From contig JBFJXR010000001.1 of assembly GCA_041622995.1 (NCBI GenBank), positions 104,026 through 168,025 of the forward strand: a DNA stretch of 64,000 nucleotides, read 5' to 3'. Position 1 is the first letter of the stretch, and every line of letters begins with the position of its first letter. Of the stretch, positions 1 to 11,599 are shown piece after piece. The position numbers were made by a program, and so were the translations under genes. A model generated the notes under the pieces. The model saw nothing but the letters and a program-made list of their open reading frames with translations, did no database searches and was not told where the DNA came from. Source of the stretch: Nevskiales bacterium (GTDB lineage: Bacteria > Pseudomonadota > Gammaproteobacteria > Nevskiales > CAJXLF01).

Positions 1-188
1 GTATTGGATTCTATTTTACTGAAGGAGATCGCGGCCAGAATAATGAGCAGCAGCATCTGAAGCAGATGAAAAACCCTATAGCCAGGCTCAAAACCAGCAA
101 AATCATGACCATTCTGATCCAGCCAGCAGGCCATAACCTCACAGCCCAACAGGGAAACTACCAGCAGTAGAGTCCATAGACTGCTCAT
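1..188 (-). CDS. hypothetical lipoprotein/membrane protein, 5' part only (gene runs off the left edge)
   Basis: Not in the ORF track because it is truncated. A reverse-strand ATG at 186-188 overlaps the sspB stop (TAATG). The translation MSSLWTLLLVVSLLGCEVMACW... has a signal peptide with an LLGC lipobox, and the frame stays open to position 1. Confidence 0.35.
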   Translation of the reverse strand, partial: MSSLWTLLLVVSLLGCEVMACWLDQNGHDFAGFEPGYRVFHLLQMLLLIILAAISFSKIESN

Positions 189-649
189 TACTTTACGACA
201 GTCAGATGTCCGCGTTTTCGCCCGCCAGTTGTACCTGGCGGCGTATCGTCAGGTTCATCATCTGAAACCTGAGCGTTGTCATCGGCACCAGGAAATGGCT
301 GATCTGCCTGGCTGGACACATCGCCATTGGAGCTTTCCGGGTCTCCGAATAGCATACCTTCACCGGTTTCCTTGGCATACACAGCCAGAACTGCACCGGT
401 GGGGATATACACATTGTGCGGGGTGCCGGAGAAACGCGCTTCAAAGTGGACCGCTTCATTGCCCAGATCCAACCCCCGTACAGCCGTGGGACTGAGATTC
501 ATAACAATCTTGCCATCGTCCCCGACATACTGGGTGGGCACCTCAACATCCGGCTCATCTGCCGCCACTAATAAATAGGGTGTCAATCCGTTATCAAGCA
601 CCCAGTCATATATTGCCCGGATTAAATACGGACGTCGTGAACTGGCCAT
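188..649 (-). CDS. sspB: stringent starvation protein B (ClpXP adaptor SspB)
   Basis: 153-aa ORF. The N-terminus MASSRRPYLIRAIYDWVLDNGLTPYLLV... is typical of SspB, followed by an acidic linker and C-terminal tail. It lies immediately downstream of sspA, as in E. coli. Confidence 0.9.
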   Translation of the reverse strand: MASSRRPYLIRAIYDWVLDNGLTPYLLVAADEPDVEVPTQYVGDDGKIVMNLSPTAVRGLDLGNEAVHFEARFSGTPHNVYIPTGAVLAVYAKETGEGMLFGDPESSNGDVSSQADQPFPGADDNAQVSDDEPDDTPPGTTGGRKRGHLTVVK

Positions 650-666
650 GATGTAATTGGCAGCGA

Positions 667-1320
667 TTAAGCGCCGTTAAATTCCTGTTCGAGTTCGGTC
701 AGACTTCTGCTGAAGGCTTCACGTGCAAACATACGCTGTGCATATTTCTTGATTGCATTTGCTTCAGCGGGCAACTCGATACCCCAGAAAGGCAGACGCC
801 ATAAAATCGGGGCCAGCGTACAATCAGCAATCGTAAACTCGTCACTCAGAAAGAAGGGTTTAATGGTGAAAATTTCAGCACCGGAAACCAGACTTTCACG
901 TAATTCTTTTTTAGCCTTACGCGCCTGTGTCGGACTACCCTCTTCGATATCGGGTACGAGACTATAAAAGTCCTCTTCGAGTCTGAAAAGTGCCAGACGA
1001 ACTTTTGCACGTGATACCGGGTCAACCGGCATCAGGGGTGGATGCGGAAAACGCTCATCCAGATACTCGCAAATTATGGTCGGGTCATATAAAACCAGAT
1101 CACGATCTACCAGGGTTGGCACCGAGTTGTATGGATTCAGATCAACCAGATCCTGACTGGTCTCCCCCAGCTTTACATCAATAATGTCCACGTTATTAAT
1201 GCCTTTTTCAGACAGCACCAGTCTTACACGGTGACTCTGGGCACAGCTTGGCTCTGAAAACAGTGTCATCAGGGAGCGTCGATTGGCAGTAACCGCCATA
1301 GTTTTATCCTTAGAACTCAT
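667..1320 (-). CDS. sspA: stringent starvation protein A (GST-like)
   Basis: 217-aa ORF. MAVTANRRSLMTLFSEPSCAQSHRVRLVLSEKG closely parallels the E. coli SspA N-terminus. The true start may be the Met at 1299. Confidence 0.9.
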   Translation of the reverse strand: MSSKDKTMAVTANRRSLMTLFSEPSCAQSHRVRLVLSEKGINNVDIIDVKLGETSQDLVDLNPYNSVPTLVDRDLVLYDPTIICEYLDERFPHPPLMPVDPVSRAKVRLALFRLEEDFYSLVPDIEEGSPTQARKAKKELRESLVSGAEIFTIKPFFLSDEFTIADCTLAPILWRLPFWGIELPAEANAIKKYAQRMFAREAFSRSLTELEQEFNGA

Positions 1321-1368
1321 CTAGAAATGCTGGCTGCCTGATTGTTCAGGCAGCCAACGGGTAAGCTA

Positions 1369-2121
1369 TCAGTGCACGTCTTTCCAGAACTCGCGCTTCA
1401 GCAGGTAAGCCAGGAAGGTGAAAATAATCAGGAACAAGATCACCTTGGCACCTAACTCGGTACGCTTCAGGCGTATTGGCTCCGCAGCGTAGACCATAAA
1501 ATTGGTCAGATCACTGACCAGGCGATCGTATTCTTTTGCGGATAAAGTGCCTTCCTCAATCATCTCGAAGTCAGGTGCCGAAGACCCATGCCCCGAGGCT
1601 TCTGCATGCTCTTCATCATCATGCCTGACGGCCTGCCAACCCTGCAAACCGCCCAACACATGCGGCATTGATGCCCCTTCCAGAGTCAGGTTATTCACAC
1701 CGTTCGGACGACTGGCATCCACGTAGAAGGTCTTCAGAAAGCTGTAAACCCAGTCATCACCACGGGCTCTTGCCGTCAGGGTAAGGTCGGGAGGCATCTT
1801 GCCAAACCAGCCTTCTGCAGCAGGAATCATGGAGGTATGAATCTGATCACCGACTTTATCGGAGGTGAACATCAGGTTGGCCTTCAACAGGTCTTCAGGA
1901 ATACCGAGATCTTCGGCCAGTCGGTTATAACGCAGCAAGCCCATGCTGTGACAACCACTGCAGTAGTTCATGAACGTGGCCGCACCACGTTGCAGCGACG
2001 CCTCATTGCCCAGATCCGGGTCAAAGGTATACGCAGTACCACCGCCGGCAGCAGCCATCACCATACCGGGCAAGGCCAGCAGCAAAACAATAATTAAACG
2101 TTTCATTCTAGTGCCCTCCAT
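1369..2121 (-). CDS. petC: ubiquinol-cytochrome c reductase, cytochrome c1 subunit
   Basis: 250 aa with a signal peptide, a CSGCH haem-c motif and a C-terminal TM anchor. It overlaps the petB stop. Confidence 0.85.
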   Translation of the reverse strand: MEGTRMKRLIIVLLLALPGMVMAAAGGGTAYTFDPDLGNEASLQRGAATFMNYCSGCHSMGLLRYNRLAEDLGIPEDLLKANLMFTSDKVGDQIHTSMIPAAEGWFGKMPPDLTLTARARGDDWVYSFLKTFYVDASRPNGVNNLTLEGASMPHVLGGLQGWQAVRHDDEEHAEASGHGSSAPDFEMIEEGTLSAKEYDRLVSDLTNFMVYAAEPIRLKRTELGAKVILFLIIFTFLAYLLKREFWKDVH

Positions 2122-3376
2122 CGGTGATGCGATCTGGCTCGGGTTTGGTCTTGTCGAGCTTCGAGTAGAACGGCATCAGCAGGAAGAAGCCAAAGTAAAT
2201 GGCTGTACCGATCTGCGCCAACAGGGTTTTACCCTCCGTGGGTGGCTGTGTACCGAGATACCCCAGCACTACAAAACTGACTGTAAACAGAGCCAGCGCG
2301 ACCTTGGAAATCATACCTTTGTAGCGAATGGATTTGACCGGACTACGGTCAAGCCATGGCAGGAAGAACAGAATCACAACTGAACCACCCAACACCGCCA
2401 CACCCCAGAGCTTGGCCGGCACGCCAAACAGGTCGACAGTAATCGCACGCAGCATGGCGTACTGCGGCGTGAAGTACCACACCGGTGCAATATGCTCAGG
2501 TGTAACCATCGGGTTTGCCGCTTCGAAGTTTGGCTTCTCAAGGAAGTAACCACCAAAATCCGGGATAAAGAAAATCACGAAGGCGAATAAAATCAGGAAG
2601 ACGCCGGTGCCGAATATATCTTTCACCGTGTAATAAGGGTGAAACGCGATACCGTCGATGGGAATACCGTTTTCGTCCTTGTGCTTCTTGATCTCGACGC
2701 CGTCCGGATTATTGGAACCGACCTCATGCAAAGCCAGCAAGTGGGCAATCACCAGACCGACCAGCACGAATGGCAGCGCCACTACATGCAGGGAGAAGAA
2801 GCGGTTAATGGTGGCATCCGCGATAAAGAAGTCACCACGAATCCAGGTCACCAGGTCTTCACCAACGATGGGGATCGCACCAAACAGCGAGATAATCACC
2901 TGTGCACCCCAATAGGACATCTGACCCCAGGGCAATACGTAACCCAGGAAGCCTTCTGCCATCATCACGAAGAAGATCAGGCAGCCGAAAATCCAGATCA
3001 GCTCACGTGGCTTACGGTAGGAACCGTAAAGCAATCCGCGATACATATGCAGGAATACCACCACGAAGAATGCCGAGGCCCCGGTGGAATGCATATAGCG
3101 AATAAGCCAGCCCCATTCGACATCTCGCATGATGTATTCGACGGATTCGAACGCCAGTGCCGCATCGGGCTTAAAGAACATAGCCAGCCAGATACCGGTA
3201 ACCAGCTGGTTCACCAGTACCAACAGCGCCAGTGAACCAAAGAAATACCAGAAGTTGAAATTCTTGGGCGCGTAGTACTCGGATACATGATCTCTCCACA
3301 TTTTTGTCAATGGGAAACGATCATCTATCCAGCCCAGGAAACCTGTAGTTTTGTGAGGATTAGGGACAATAGCCAT
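2108..3376 (-). CDS. petB: ubiquinol-cytochrome c reductase, cytochrome b subunit
   Basis: 422-aa polytopic membrane protein with cytochrome b family sequence (e.g. SAFFVVVFLHMYRGLLYGSY, PEHIAPVWYF). It lies between the Rieske and c1 genes. Confidence 0.95.
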   Translation of the reverse strand: MAIVPNPHKTTGFLGWIDDRFPLTKMWRDHVSEYYAPKNFNFWYFFGSLALLVLVNQLVTGIWLAMFFKPDAALAFESVEYIMRDVEWGWLIRYMHSTGASAFFVVVFLHMYRGLLYGSYRKPRELIWIFGCLIFFVMMAEGFLGYVLPWGQMSYWGAQVIISLFGAIPIVGEDLVTWIRGDFFIADATINRFFSLHVVALPFVLVGLVIAHLLALHEVGSNNPDGVEIKKHKDENGIPIDGIAFHPYYTVKDIFGTGVFLILFAFVIFFIPDFGGYFLEKPNFEAANPMVTPEHIAPVWYFTPQYAMLRAITVDLFGVPAKLWGVAVLGGSVVILFFLPWLDRSPVKSIRYKGMISKVALALFTVSFVVLGYLGTQPPTEGKTLLAQIGTAIYFGFFLLMPFYSKLDKTKPEPDRITDGGH

Positions 3377-3978
3377 TAGGCGACTCCTCCATCAGTGGGA
3401 TCTTCGCCAATGACGATGACATTGTCTGATTCGAAGCGGTATTTCGGCACCGGCAGATTGGTCGGTGCCGGTACGCCTTTGTAGACGCGACCTGCAAGGT
3501 CGAATTTGGAACCATGGCAGGGACAGAAAAATCCACCCTTCCAGTTCTTGCCCATATCTTCTGCAGGAAAATCGGGGCGGAATAATGGCGCACAACCCAA
3601 ATGTGTACAGGCACCCACCATAACCATAATTTCAGGACGAATAGAACGCGTCGCATTCTGCGCATAGGCCGGTTGCTGCTCTTTTTCCGAACCGGGGTCG
3701 CGCAGTTCTCCATCCACTGAGGGCAGATTTTCCAGCATTTCGGGGCTACGGCGAATAACCCATACAGGTTTTCCGCGCCATTCGAATATAACCAGTGCGC
3801 CCTCTTCCAATGCACTGATATCGGCTGTTACCGGTGCACCTGCCGCCTTGGCACGCTCACTGGGTTGCCATGAGGACAGAAACGGCCAGGCTGCAAAGCC
3901 TGCACCGACACCTCCCACCACTGTTGTGGCCGCAGTCAGAAAACGACGTTTTCCGACGTCCACCCCTTCATTACTCAT
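3376..3978 (-). CDS. petA: ubiquinol-cytochrome c reductase, Rieske iron-sulfur subunit
   Basis: 200 aa with a Tat-like KRRFL N-terminus and the Rieske boxes CTHLGC and CPCHGS. Confidence 0.95.
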   Translation of the reverse strand: MSNEGVDVGKRRFLTAATTVVGGVGAGFAAWPFLSSWQPSERAKAAGAPVTADISALEEGALVIFEWRGKPVWVIRRSPEMLENLPSVDGELRDPGSEKEQQPAYAQNATRSIRPEIMVMVGACTHLGCAPLFRPDFPAEDMGKNWKGGFFCPCHGSKFDLAGRVYKGVPAPTNLPVPKYRFESDNVIVIGEDPTDGGVA

Positions 3979-4199
3979 GCACCAGACTCCTATCTCCGGT
4001 TATCAATTCCAGGCATTTATCAAGTCTGGATCGAGAACCAATACAACGATTAACTCTGTGTAAACAATATTTTTTATTTGCGGCCAGCCCCGACAAAAAT
4101 ACCGGTGACGATCAGCAAACCGCATACAGCCCAAAATTATACCCGAATCTAAAAACCGACGGCCAACACCACAACCTGCCAAACGGCTGTTTTACCCTT

Positions 4200-5294
4200 T
4201 TACAACAAGGACTTCAGGGAATTCATAAAGACATCGTTTTCTGCCTCTGAACCCACCGTTACGCGCAAACAATCGTCCAAACGAGGATGCGAGCCATCAA
4301 CGCACTTGATCAATACCCCCTTATCAATAAGTGCCTGATGCAGATTTCTGGCACGGCCTGCGGGCGTTGAGAACAATATAAAATTGGCTTCACTGGGATA
4401 ACAATGCAGCCCTTCACAGTCCGCAATCGCCTGCATCATACGTTTTCGTTCACGACATATCTGTGCGGCCTGCTGTTCAAACACTTCCGCATGTTTCATG
4501 GCAAAACGGGCGCTAAGCTGGGTCAGGACATTAATATTGTAAGGCAGGCGTAATTTATCAATTTCAAGAATCATTTCAGGAGAGCCGACCAGCAGACCCA
4601 GACGCAATCCCGCCAAACCCATTTTCGAAACCGTACGCATCACCAAAAGGTTGGGATATTCGACAAGCCACGGCAGGCAATCCCGATCCGTGAAGGGTGC
4701 ATAAGCTTCATCAATAACGACCCAGCCTGGTGCGGCCTCGACCACACGACGTAAAGATTCCTCGTCATAGACATTGCCAGTCGGGTTATTCGGCTGGGCA
4801 ATAAATACCAGTGCCGGCTCATGTTCGGCCATCGCTACCAACATGGCTTCAACATCCAGCCCAAAATCTTCAGCCAGTGGCACCCCGACGTACTTCATGC
4901 CCGTGAATTCAGCAATCATGCGAAACATGACAAAGCTGGGCTCGGGCGCCAGCAACACAGATCGCACCCCGGCCTGTGGATGTCGCAAGGCCATGGCAAG
5001 AAGCTGGATTATCTCGTCCGAACCATTGCCCAACAACAAGTCTGCACTGGCCGGTACACGCATGACCTCGCGAAGGGCCAGCTGCAAATTCCGGGCAGAC
5101 GGGTCCGGGTAGCGATTAAGCGAAACCTCACGCAGGTCGGCCAACCATTCATCAACCATGATTTCCGGCCAGCTATAGGGGTTTTCCATGGCATCCAGTT
5201 TGATCAGACCAGAAGCATCAGGCACGGCATAAGCCGACAACTGTCGGATTTCGGGACGAACCCAGTCAAGCGTGCTTATAGACTTATCCGGCAC
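4200..5294 (-). CDS. hisC: histidinol-phosphate aminotransferase
   Basis: 364-aa class II aminotransferase. It has a PLP-lysine context TVSKMGLAGLRLG and a NPNNPTG-like QPNNPTGN motif. It follows hisD. Confidence 0.9.
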   Translation of the reverse strand: MPDKSISTLDWVRPEIRQLSAYAVPDASGLIKLDAMENPYSWPEIMVDEWLADLREVSLNRYPDPSARNLQLALREVMRVPASADLLLGNGSDEIIQLLAMALRHPQAGVRSVLLAPEPSFVMFRMIAEFTGMKYVGVPLAEDFGLDVEAMLVAMAEHEPALVFIAQPNNPTGNVYDEESLRRVVEAAPGWVVIDEAYAPFTDRDCLPWLVEYPNLLVMRTVSKMGLAGLRLGLLVGSPEMILEIDKLRLPYNINVLTQLSARFAMKHAEVFEQQAAQICRERKRMMQAIADCEGLHCYPSEANFILFSTPAGRARNLHQALIDKGVLIKCVDGSHPRLDDCLRVTVGSEAENDVFMNSLKSLL

Positions 5295-5297
5295 TTA

Positions 5298-6610
5298 TCA
5301 GCTCTTGTCGCTAACACGCAAGCTGGCCGAGAGGCCATGGGCGGACAAACCCTCAGCTTCGGCAAGTTTGGCTGCCACAGGTGCAAGTGCCTGCGCGCCT
5401 GCTGCCGAGGCATTAATCACGGAACTGCGTTTCTGGAAATCATACACACCCAAAGGTGAGGAAAACCTGGCGCTGCCAGAGGTCGGCAACACATGATTAG
5501 GGCCTGCACAGTAATCCCCGAGTGCTTCAGGCGTATAACGTCCCATGAATATCGCACCGGCATTGCGGATCGCTGGTAACAGTGCCTCGGGATCAGCGAC
5601 AGACAGCTCAAGATGCTCGGGCGCAATTCGGTTGGATATGGCGATCGCCTCGTCCATATCGGCCACCTTGATTAATGCACCACGAGCATTGATCGAGGCA
5701 GTGATTATTTCCGCTCGTGGCTGCCGGGCTAATTCGTCCTGCATGGCCAGTTCCACAGCATCAAGAAACCTTGCATCCTGGGACAGAAGAATCGACTGCG
5801 CATCCTCATCGTGCTCGGCCTGGGAAAACAGGTCGGCGGCAATCCAGGCCGGGTCAGTATGGCCATCACAGATCACCAGAATCTCTGAAGGTCCGGCAAT
5901 CATATCGATGCCTACTGTGCCGAACACTTCGCGTTTCGCGGCAGCAACATAGGCATTGCCCGGCCCCACAATCTTGTCGACGGCAGGAATGGTTTCAGTG
6001 CCATAAGCCAGGGCTGCTACAGCCTGTGCGCCACCAATCGTAAACACGCGATCAACCCCGGCAAGAGCAGCCGCAGCCAGCACCAGTGGATTCAACACAC
6101 CATCAGGCGCCGGCACCACCATAATCACTTCAGCCACGCCGGCCACCTTTGCAGGCAGTGCATTCATTAAAACAGATGAGGGATAGCAGGCCTTGCCCCC
6201 GGGCACATACAGACCCACACGATCCATCGGCGTAACCTGTTGCCCCAGAAGTGAACCATCGGCATCGGTAAATGACCAGGATTGCAGCTTCTGTTTTTCT
6301 GCATATAGACGTATGCGGTCGGCAGCAGTTTGCAGGGCAGCGCCAAGATCAGGATCCAGTGATTCAAGTGCAGCGGTCCGTTCCGCCTGACTCACTTCCA
6401 GCGCTGCGACTGATTGTGCCTTGCTGTGATCAAAGCGCTGTGTATATTCAAGTACAGCAGCGTCACCCCGTGATTTCACGGCAGCAAGAATCTCGCGCAC
6501 AGTATTCTGCACCGCTTCATCCGACTCTGGATTTCGTGCAATCAATGCGGCAAAGCGCGCATTAAAATCAGGAGATGAGGCATCAAGCCGGGCGATATTC
6601 ATGGAAGACA

Positions 6611-6611
<1 letters not shown>
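5298..6611 (-). CDS. hisD: histidinol dehydrogenase
   Basis: 437 aa with HisD family motifs ([31 protein letters not shown]). Confidence 0.95.
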
Positions 6612-8568
<1,957 letters not shown>

Positions 8569-8790
8569 TTAACCCGGCGTACGTGTCTTTAATCCGAGCG
8601 CATGAATATCAGCGCCCATTTTTGAGCCTAACGTGGCGTAGACCATCCTGTGCTGCGCAATAACTGACTGGCCTGCGAAAGCCTCGCTGATAACAGTAGC
8701 CTCAAAATGCTGGCCGTCATCCCCAAGCACTTCAACCTGTGCATCGGGCATGCCCGCCTCAATTAGTTGCTTGATCTCATTTGCAGTCAT
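8569..8790 (-). CDS. ibaG: BolA/IbaG (YrbA) family protein
   Basis: The track ORF is 8569..8850, but its first 20 codons overlap the permease gene. The Met at 8790 gives a 73-aa BolA-like protein (MTANEIKQLIE...HFEATVISEAFAGQSVIAQHRMVY). The position upstream of murA matches E. coli ibaG. Confidence 0.8.
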   Translation of the reverse strand: MTANEIKQLIEAGMPDAQVEVLGDDGQHFEATVISEAFAGQSVIAQHRMVYATLGSKMGADIHALGLKTRTPG

Positions 8791-8807
8791 TTTGTTTCCT
8801 GCCCCAA

Positions 8808-9581
8808 TCAGGGACGTAATTTGTAACCCGTGCGCAGCATAATCAGACACAGACCCGACAATGCCAGAACAAAGACACTGACCACCGACATACTTAGCAG
8901 TGGCGATGCGTCTCCTACGCCGAAAAACCCATATCTGAAGCCATCAATCATATAGAAGAAGGGATTGTAATGGGACAGTTCCCGCCAAAACGGCGGCAGC
9001 GAGTGAATGGAATAAAACACCCCTGAAAGGAATGACAGGGGCATGATGAAGAAATTCTGGAAAGCGGCCAGGTGCTCGAATTTTTCTGCGACTATCCCTG
9101 CAATGATGCCCATCACCGCCAACGCCGTACTCGACAGCAGTAACATCACAACCAACACAAGCGGTGATTCAATGGGTATCTCAATAAAAAATGTGGCGGC
9201 AATATAAACACCGAAGGCAACCAGTGTTGCGCGCAACAGGGCTGCCCCGACAAAGGCGACAAACAGTTCCAGAGATGACAGTGGCGTCATCAATAACAAC
9301 ACAATATTCCCCATTATTTTTGACTGGATAAGACTGGACGAAGTATTGGCAAACGCGTTCTGGATAACACTCATCATCATCAGACCCGGGATCAGAAACG
9401 CCGTGTACTGCACGCCCTCATAGACTTCGAGCCGGCCACGCATCACGTGACTGAAAACCAGCAGATACAAAACCGCGGTCAACATCGGCGCCAGCACCGT
9501 CTGCCCCAACACCTTCTTGAACCGGCGAACTTCCTTGCGTAACAATGTCCATGTGCCGTAAACATTAAATGCCGGGATCAT
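8808..9581 (-). CDS. ABC-2 type exporter permease
   Basis: 257-aa protein with 6 hydrophobic segments, an ABC-2 (YadH-like) pattern. It overlaps the upstream ATPase gene by 4 nt. Confidence 0.8.
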   Translation of the reverse strand: MIPAFNVYGTWTLLRKEVRRFKKVLGQTVLAPMLTAVLYLLVFSHVMRGRLEVYEGVQYTAFLIPGLMMMSVIQNAFANTSSSLIQSKIMGNIVLLLMTPLSSLELFVAFVGAALLRATLVAFGVYIAATFFIEIPIESPLVLVVMLLLSSTALAVMGIIAGIVAEKFEHLAAFQNFFIMPLSFLSGVFYSIHSLPPFWRELSHYNPFFYMIDGFRYGFFGVGDASPLLSMSVVSVFVLALSGLCLIMLRTGYKLRP

Positions 9582-10507
9582 GACGTCAGCTCCAGAAAGA
9601 TATCTTCCAGACTCGGGTCCCTCATCTGTACGTTTGTCACACGGAGACCGGCATTACGAACTGCTTCCAGCACATCGCCAATATGATCAGTCTGCTTATC
9701 AAGCTTCAACTCGAAATCACTACCCTTCTGTGACTGAACCAATGACTGCAAGGTCTCGGGCAATTCTTGCGCCCCTTCCACACTGAGTCGCAACAACCTG
9801 AAAGAATGGCGGTTAAGTAAATCATGCTTGCTCTCAAGCGCCTTCAACTCACCCTCATCCAGGATCGCGATACGGTCACACAGCTCTTCAGCCTCTTCCA
9901 GATAATGGGTGGTCAGAACTATAGTGTGACCATCGTCGTGCAGGCGGCGTGTAAAACGCCAGAGCGCCCGACGCAGCTCCACGTCGACGCCCGCAGTGGG
10001 CTCATCAAGAATCACCACCGCCGGTTTATGCACCAGCGCCTGGGCAATGAGCACCCTTCGCTTCATGCCCCCTGACAACTGGCGCATGTTGGCATCACGT
10101 TTGTCTGTCAGTTCCAGTTCTGTCAGCAACTCCTCGATCCATGACCACTGTTCCTGACCGTAGCCAAAATACCCGGCCTGCAGACGCAATAAATCCTGGA
10201 TAGAAAAAAACGGATCGAACACCAATTCCTGGGGCACCACACCGAGTGACTTACGTGCAGCCCGGTAATCACTACGGACATCATGACCGAGCACAGATAC
10301 TTCCCCTGCATCTGCCCGAACCAGACCGGCGACAATATTGATCAGGGTCGATTTGCCTGCACCATTCGGGCCGAGCAAACCAAAGTACTCCCCCTCTTCA
10401 ATAGAAAGGGAAACATCCGCCAGGGCCTGTGTCTCGCCATAGCGCTTGTCAAGATTCTGGATGCGGATTGCCGACATGTTGGGAGGCTTGGAAGAACGGG
10501 CGCGCAT
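9578..10507 (-). CDS. ABC transporter ATP-binding protein (ABC-2 exporter partner)
   Basis: 309 aa with Walker A GPNGAGKST, signature LSGGMKRR and Walker B VILDEPTAG. Confidence 0.9.
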   Translation of the reverse strand: MRARSSKPPNMSAIRIQNLDKRYGETQALADVSLSIEEGEYFGLLGPNGAGKSTLINIVAGLVRADAGEVSVLGHDVRSDYRAARKSLGVVPQELVFDPFFSIQDLLRLQAGYFGYGQEQWSWIEELLTELELTDKRDANMRQLSGGMKRRVLIAQALVHKPAVVILDEPTAGVDVELRRALWRFTRRLHDDGHTIVLTTHYLEEAEELCDRIAILDEGELKALESKHDLLNRHSFRLLRLSVEGAQELPETLQSLVQSQKGSDFELKLDKQTDHIGDVLEAVRNAGLRVTNVQMRDPSLEDIFLELTS

Positions 10508-10532
10508 TATACCGACCTTCGATTGGCAACGT

Positions 10533-10552
10533 CATAACGGGCGCCTGTTATG
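10533..10552. promoter_or_regulatory. 20-bp near-perfect palindrome in a divergent promoter region
   Basis: CATAACGGGCGCCTGTTATG has one mismatched pair. It lies in the 97-bp gap between the divergent ABC ATPase and yrbG genes. Confidence 0.3.
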
Positions 10553-10604
10553 ATTCGGTCTGCGAATCACCTATTTATCTTCCGGAAGAAACACGGAACA
10601 ATAC

Positions 10605-11579
10605 ATGCTCAACGTTTTAGCCATAGTGGGCGGTTTTGCCCTTCTGATCTGGTCTGCAGATCGCTTTATTGCTGGCGCAGCTGCCGTTGCAAAACGACTT
10701 GGGGCTCCACCACTTCTTATTGGCCTGACAATCGTGGCGCTGGGCACCTCTGCACCCGAAATACTGGTGTCAGCTGTCGCCTCCTGGCAGGGAAATCCAG
10801 GATTGGCTGTCGGTAATGCGCTGGGCTCCAACATAACCAACATTGGATTGATCCTGGGCATCGTAGCCCTCGTTAAACCTCTGCAGGCGAATTCAGCTGT
10901 CTTGCGTAGAGAATTCCCTATCCTCGTTCTGACAGGCGCCCTTACCTATTACCTTTGCATGGATCTTGATCTGAGCCTCAAGGATGGCATGGCCCTCATC
11001 GCAGGCGCCTGTGCCTTTGTTGGATTTCTGGCATGGCTTGCCAAAACTGGTGAAAAAGACCCGATTGAATCTGAATTCAGCGAAGAACTCAGCCATCCAA
11101 TGCCCATGGGGCGTGCCATATTCTGGCTCACCGTGGGATTAATCATGTTGCCGCTCAGCTCGCGACTGCTGGTCTGGGGCTCGGTCAATATTGCCCAATT
11201 ACTGGGAATAAGTGATCTTATCATCGGACTTACTATTATCGCGCTGGGTACCAGTCTGCCAGAACTCGCCGCTTCCCTGGCCGGTGTAATGAAAAACGAG
11301 CACGACATTGCGCTGGGTAACGTGCTTGGTTCCAATATGTTCAATATTCTTATCGTACTGGCTGTACCGGGTCTCATAGCACCCGGTGCGCTCAGCCCAG
11401 AGGTTATCAGCCGTGACATTCCCGTCATGCTCATGTTTACAGGTGCATTATTCCTGATGTGTTACCCCCTGCGCGGCGGGGGAAGAAGCGGCCAGATCAA
11501 CCGTTTTGAAGCCGGCCTGTTAGTCGCTGGATTTGCCGGATATGAATTTCTGCTCATTCAATCGGTCTTAAGCGCGTAA
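10605..11579 (+). CDS. yrbG: Ca2+/Na+ antiporter family (CaCA, YrbG-like) inner membrane protein
   Basis: 324 aa with two alpha-repeat motifs, GTSAPE and GTSLPE. The position upstream of kdsD matches E. coli yrbG. Confidence 0.85.
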   Translation: MLNVLAIVGGFALLIWSADRFIAGAAAVAKRLGAPPLLIGLTIVALGTSAPEILVSAVASWQGNPGLAVGNALGSNITNIGLILGIVALVKPLQANSAVLRREFPILVLTGALTYYLCMDLDLSLKDGMALIAGACAFVGFLAWLAKTGEKDPIESEFSEELSHPMPMGRAIFWLTVGLIMLPLSSRLLVWGSVNIAQLLGISDLIIGLTIIALGTSLPELAASLAGVMKNEHDIALGNVLGSNMFNILIVLAVPGLIAPGALSPEVISRDIPVMLMFTGALFLMCYPLRGGGRSGQINRFEAGLLVAGFAGYEFLLIQSVLSA

Positions 11580-11599
11580 AATAACCTGAGATTTCAATA

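Noticed and set aside
8791-8850. An N-terminal extension of the BolA-like ORF that overlaps the ABC-2 permease gene by 43 nt.
   Set aside because: The extension (MSDYAAHGLQITSLIGAGNK) precedes a Met that gives a normal-length BolA/IbaG protein. The overlap is best explained as an ORF-calling artefact.
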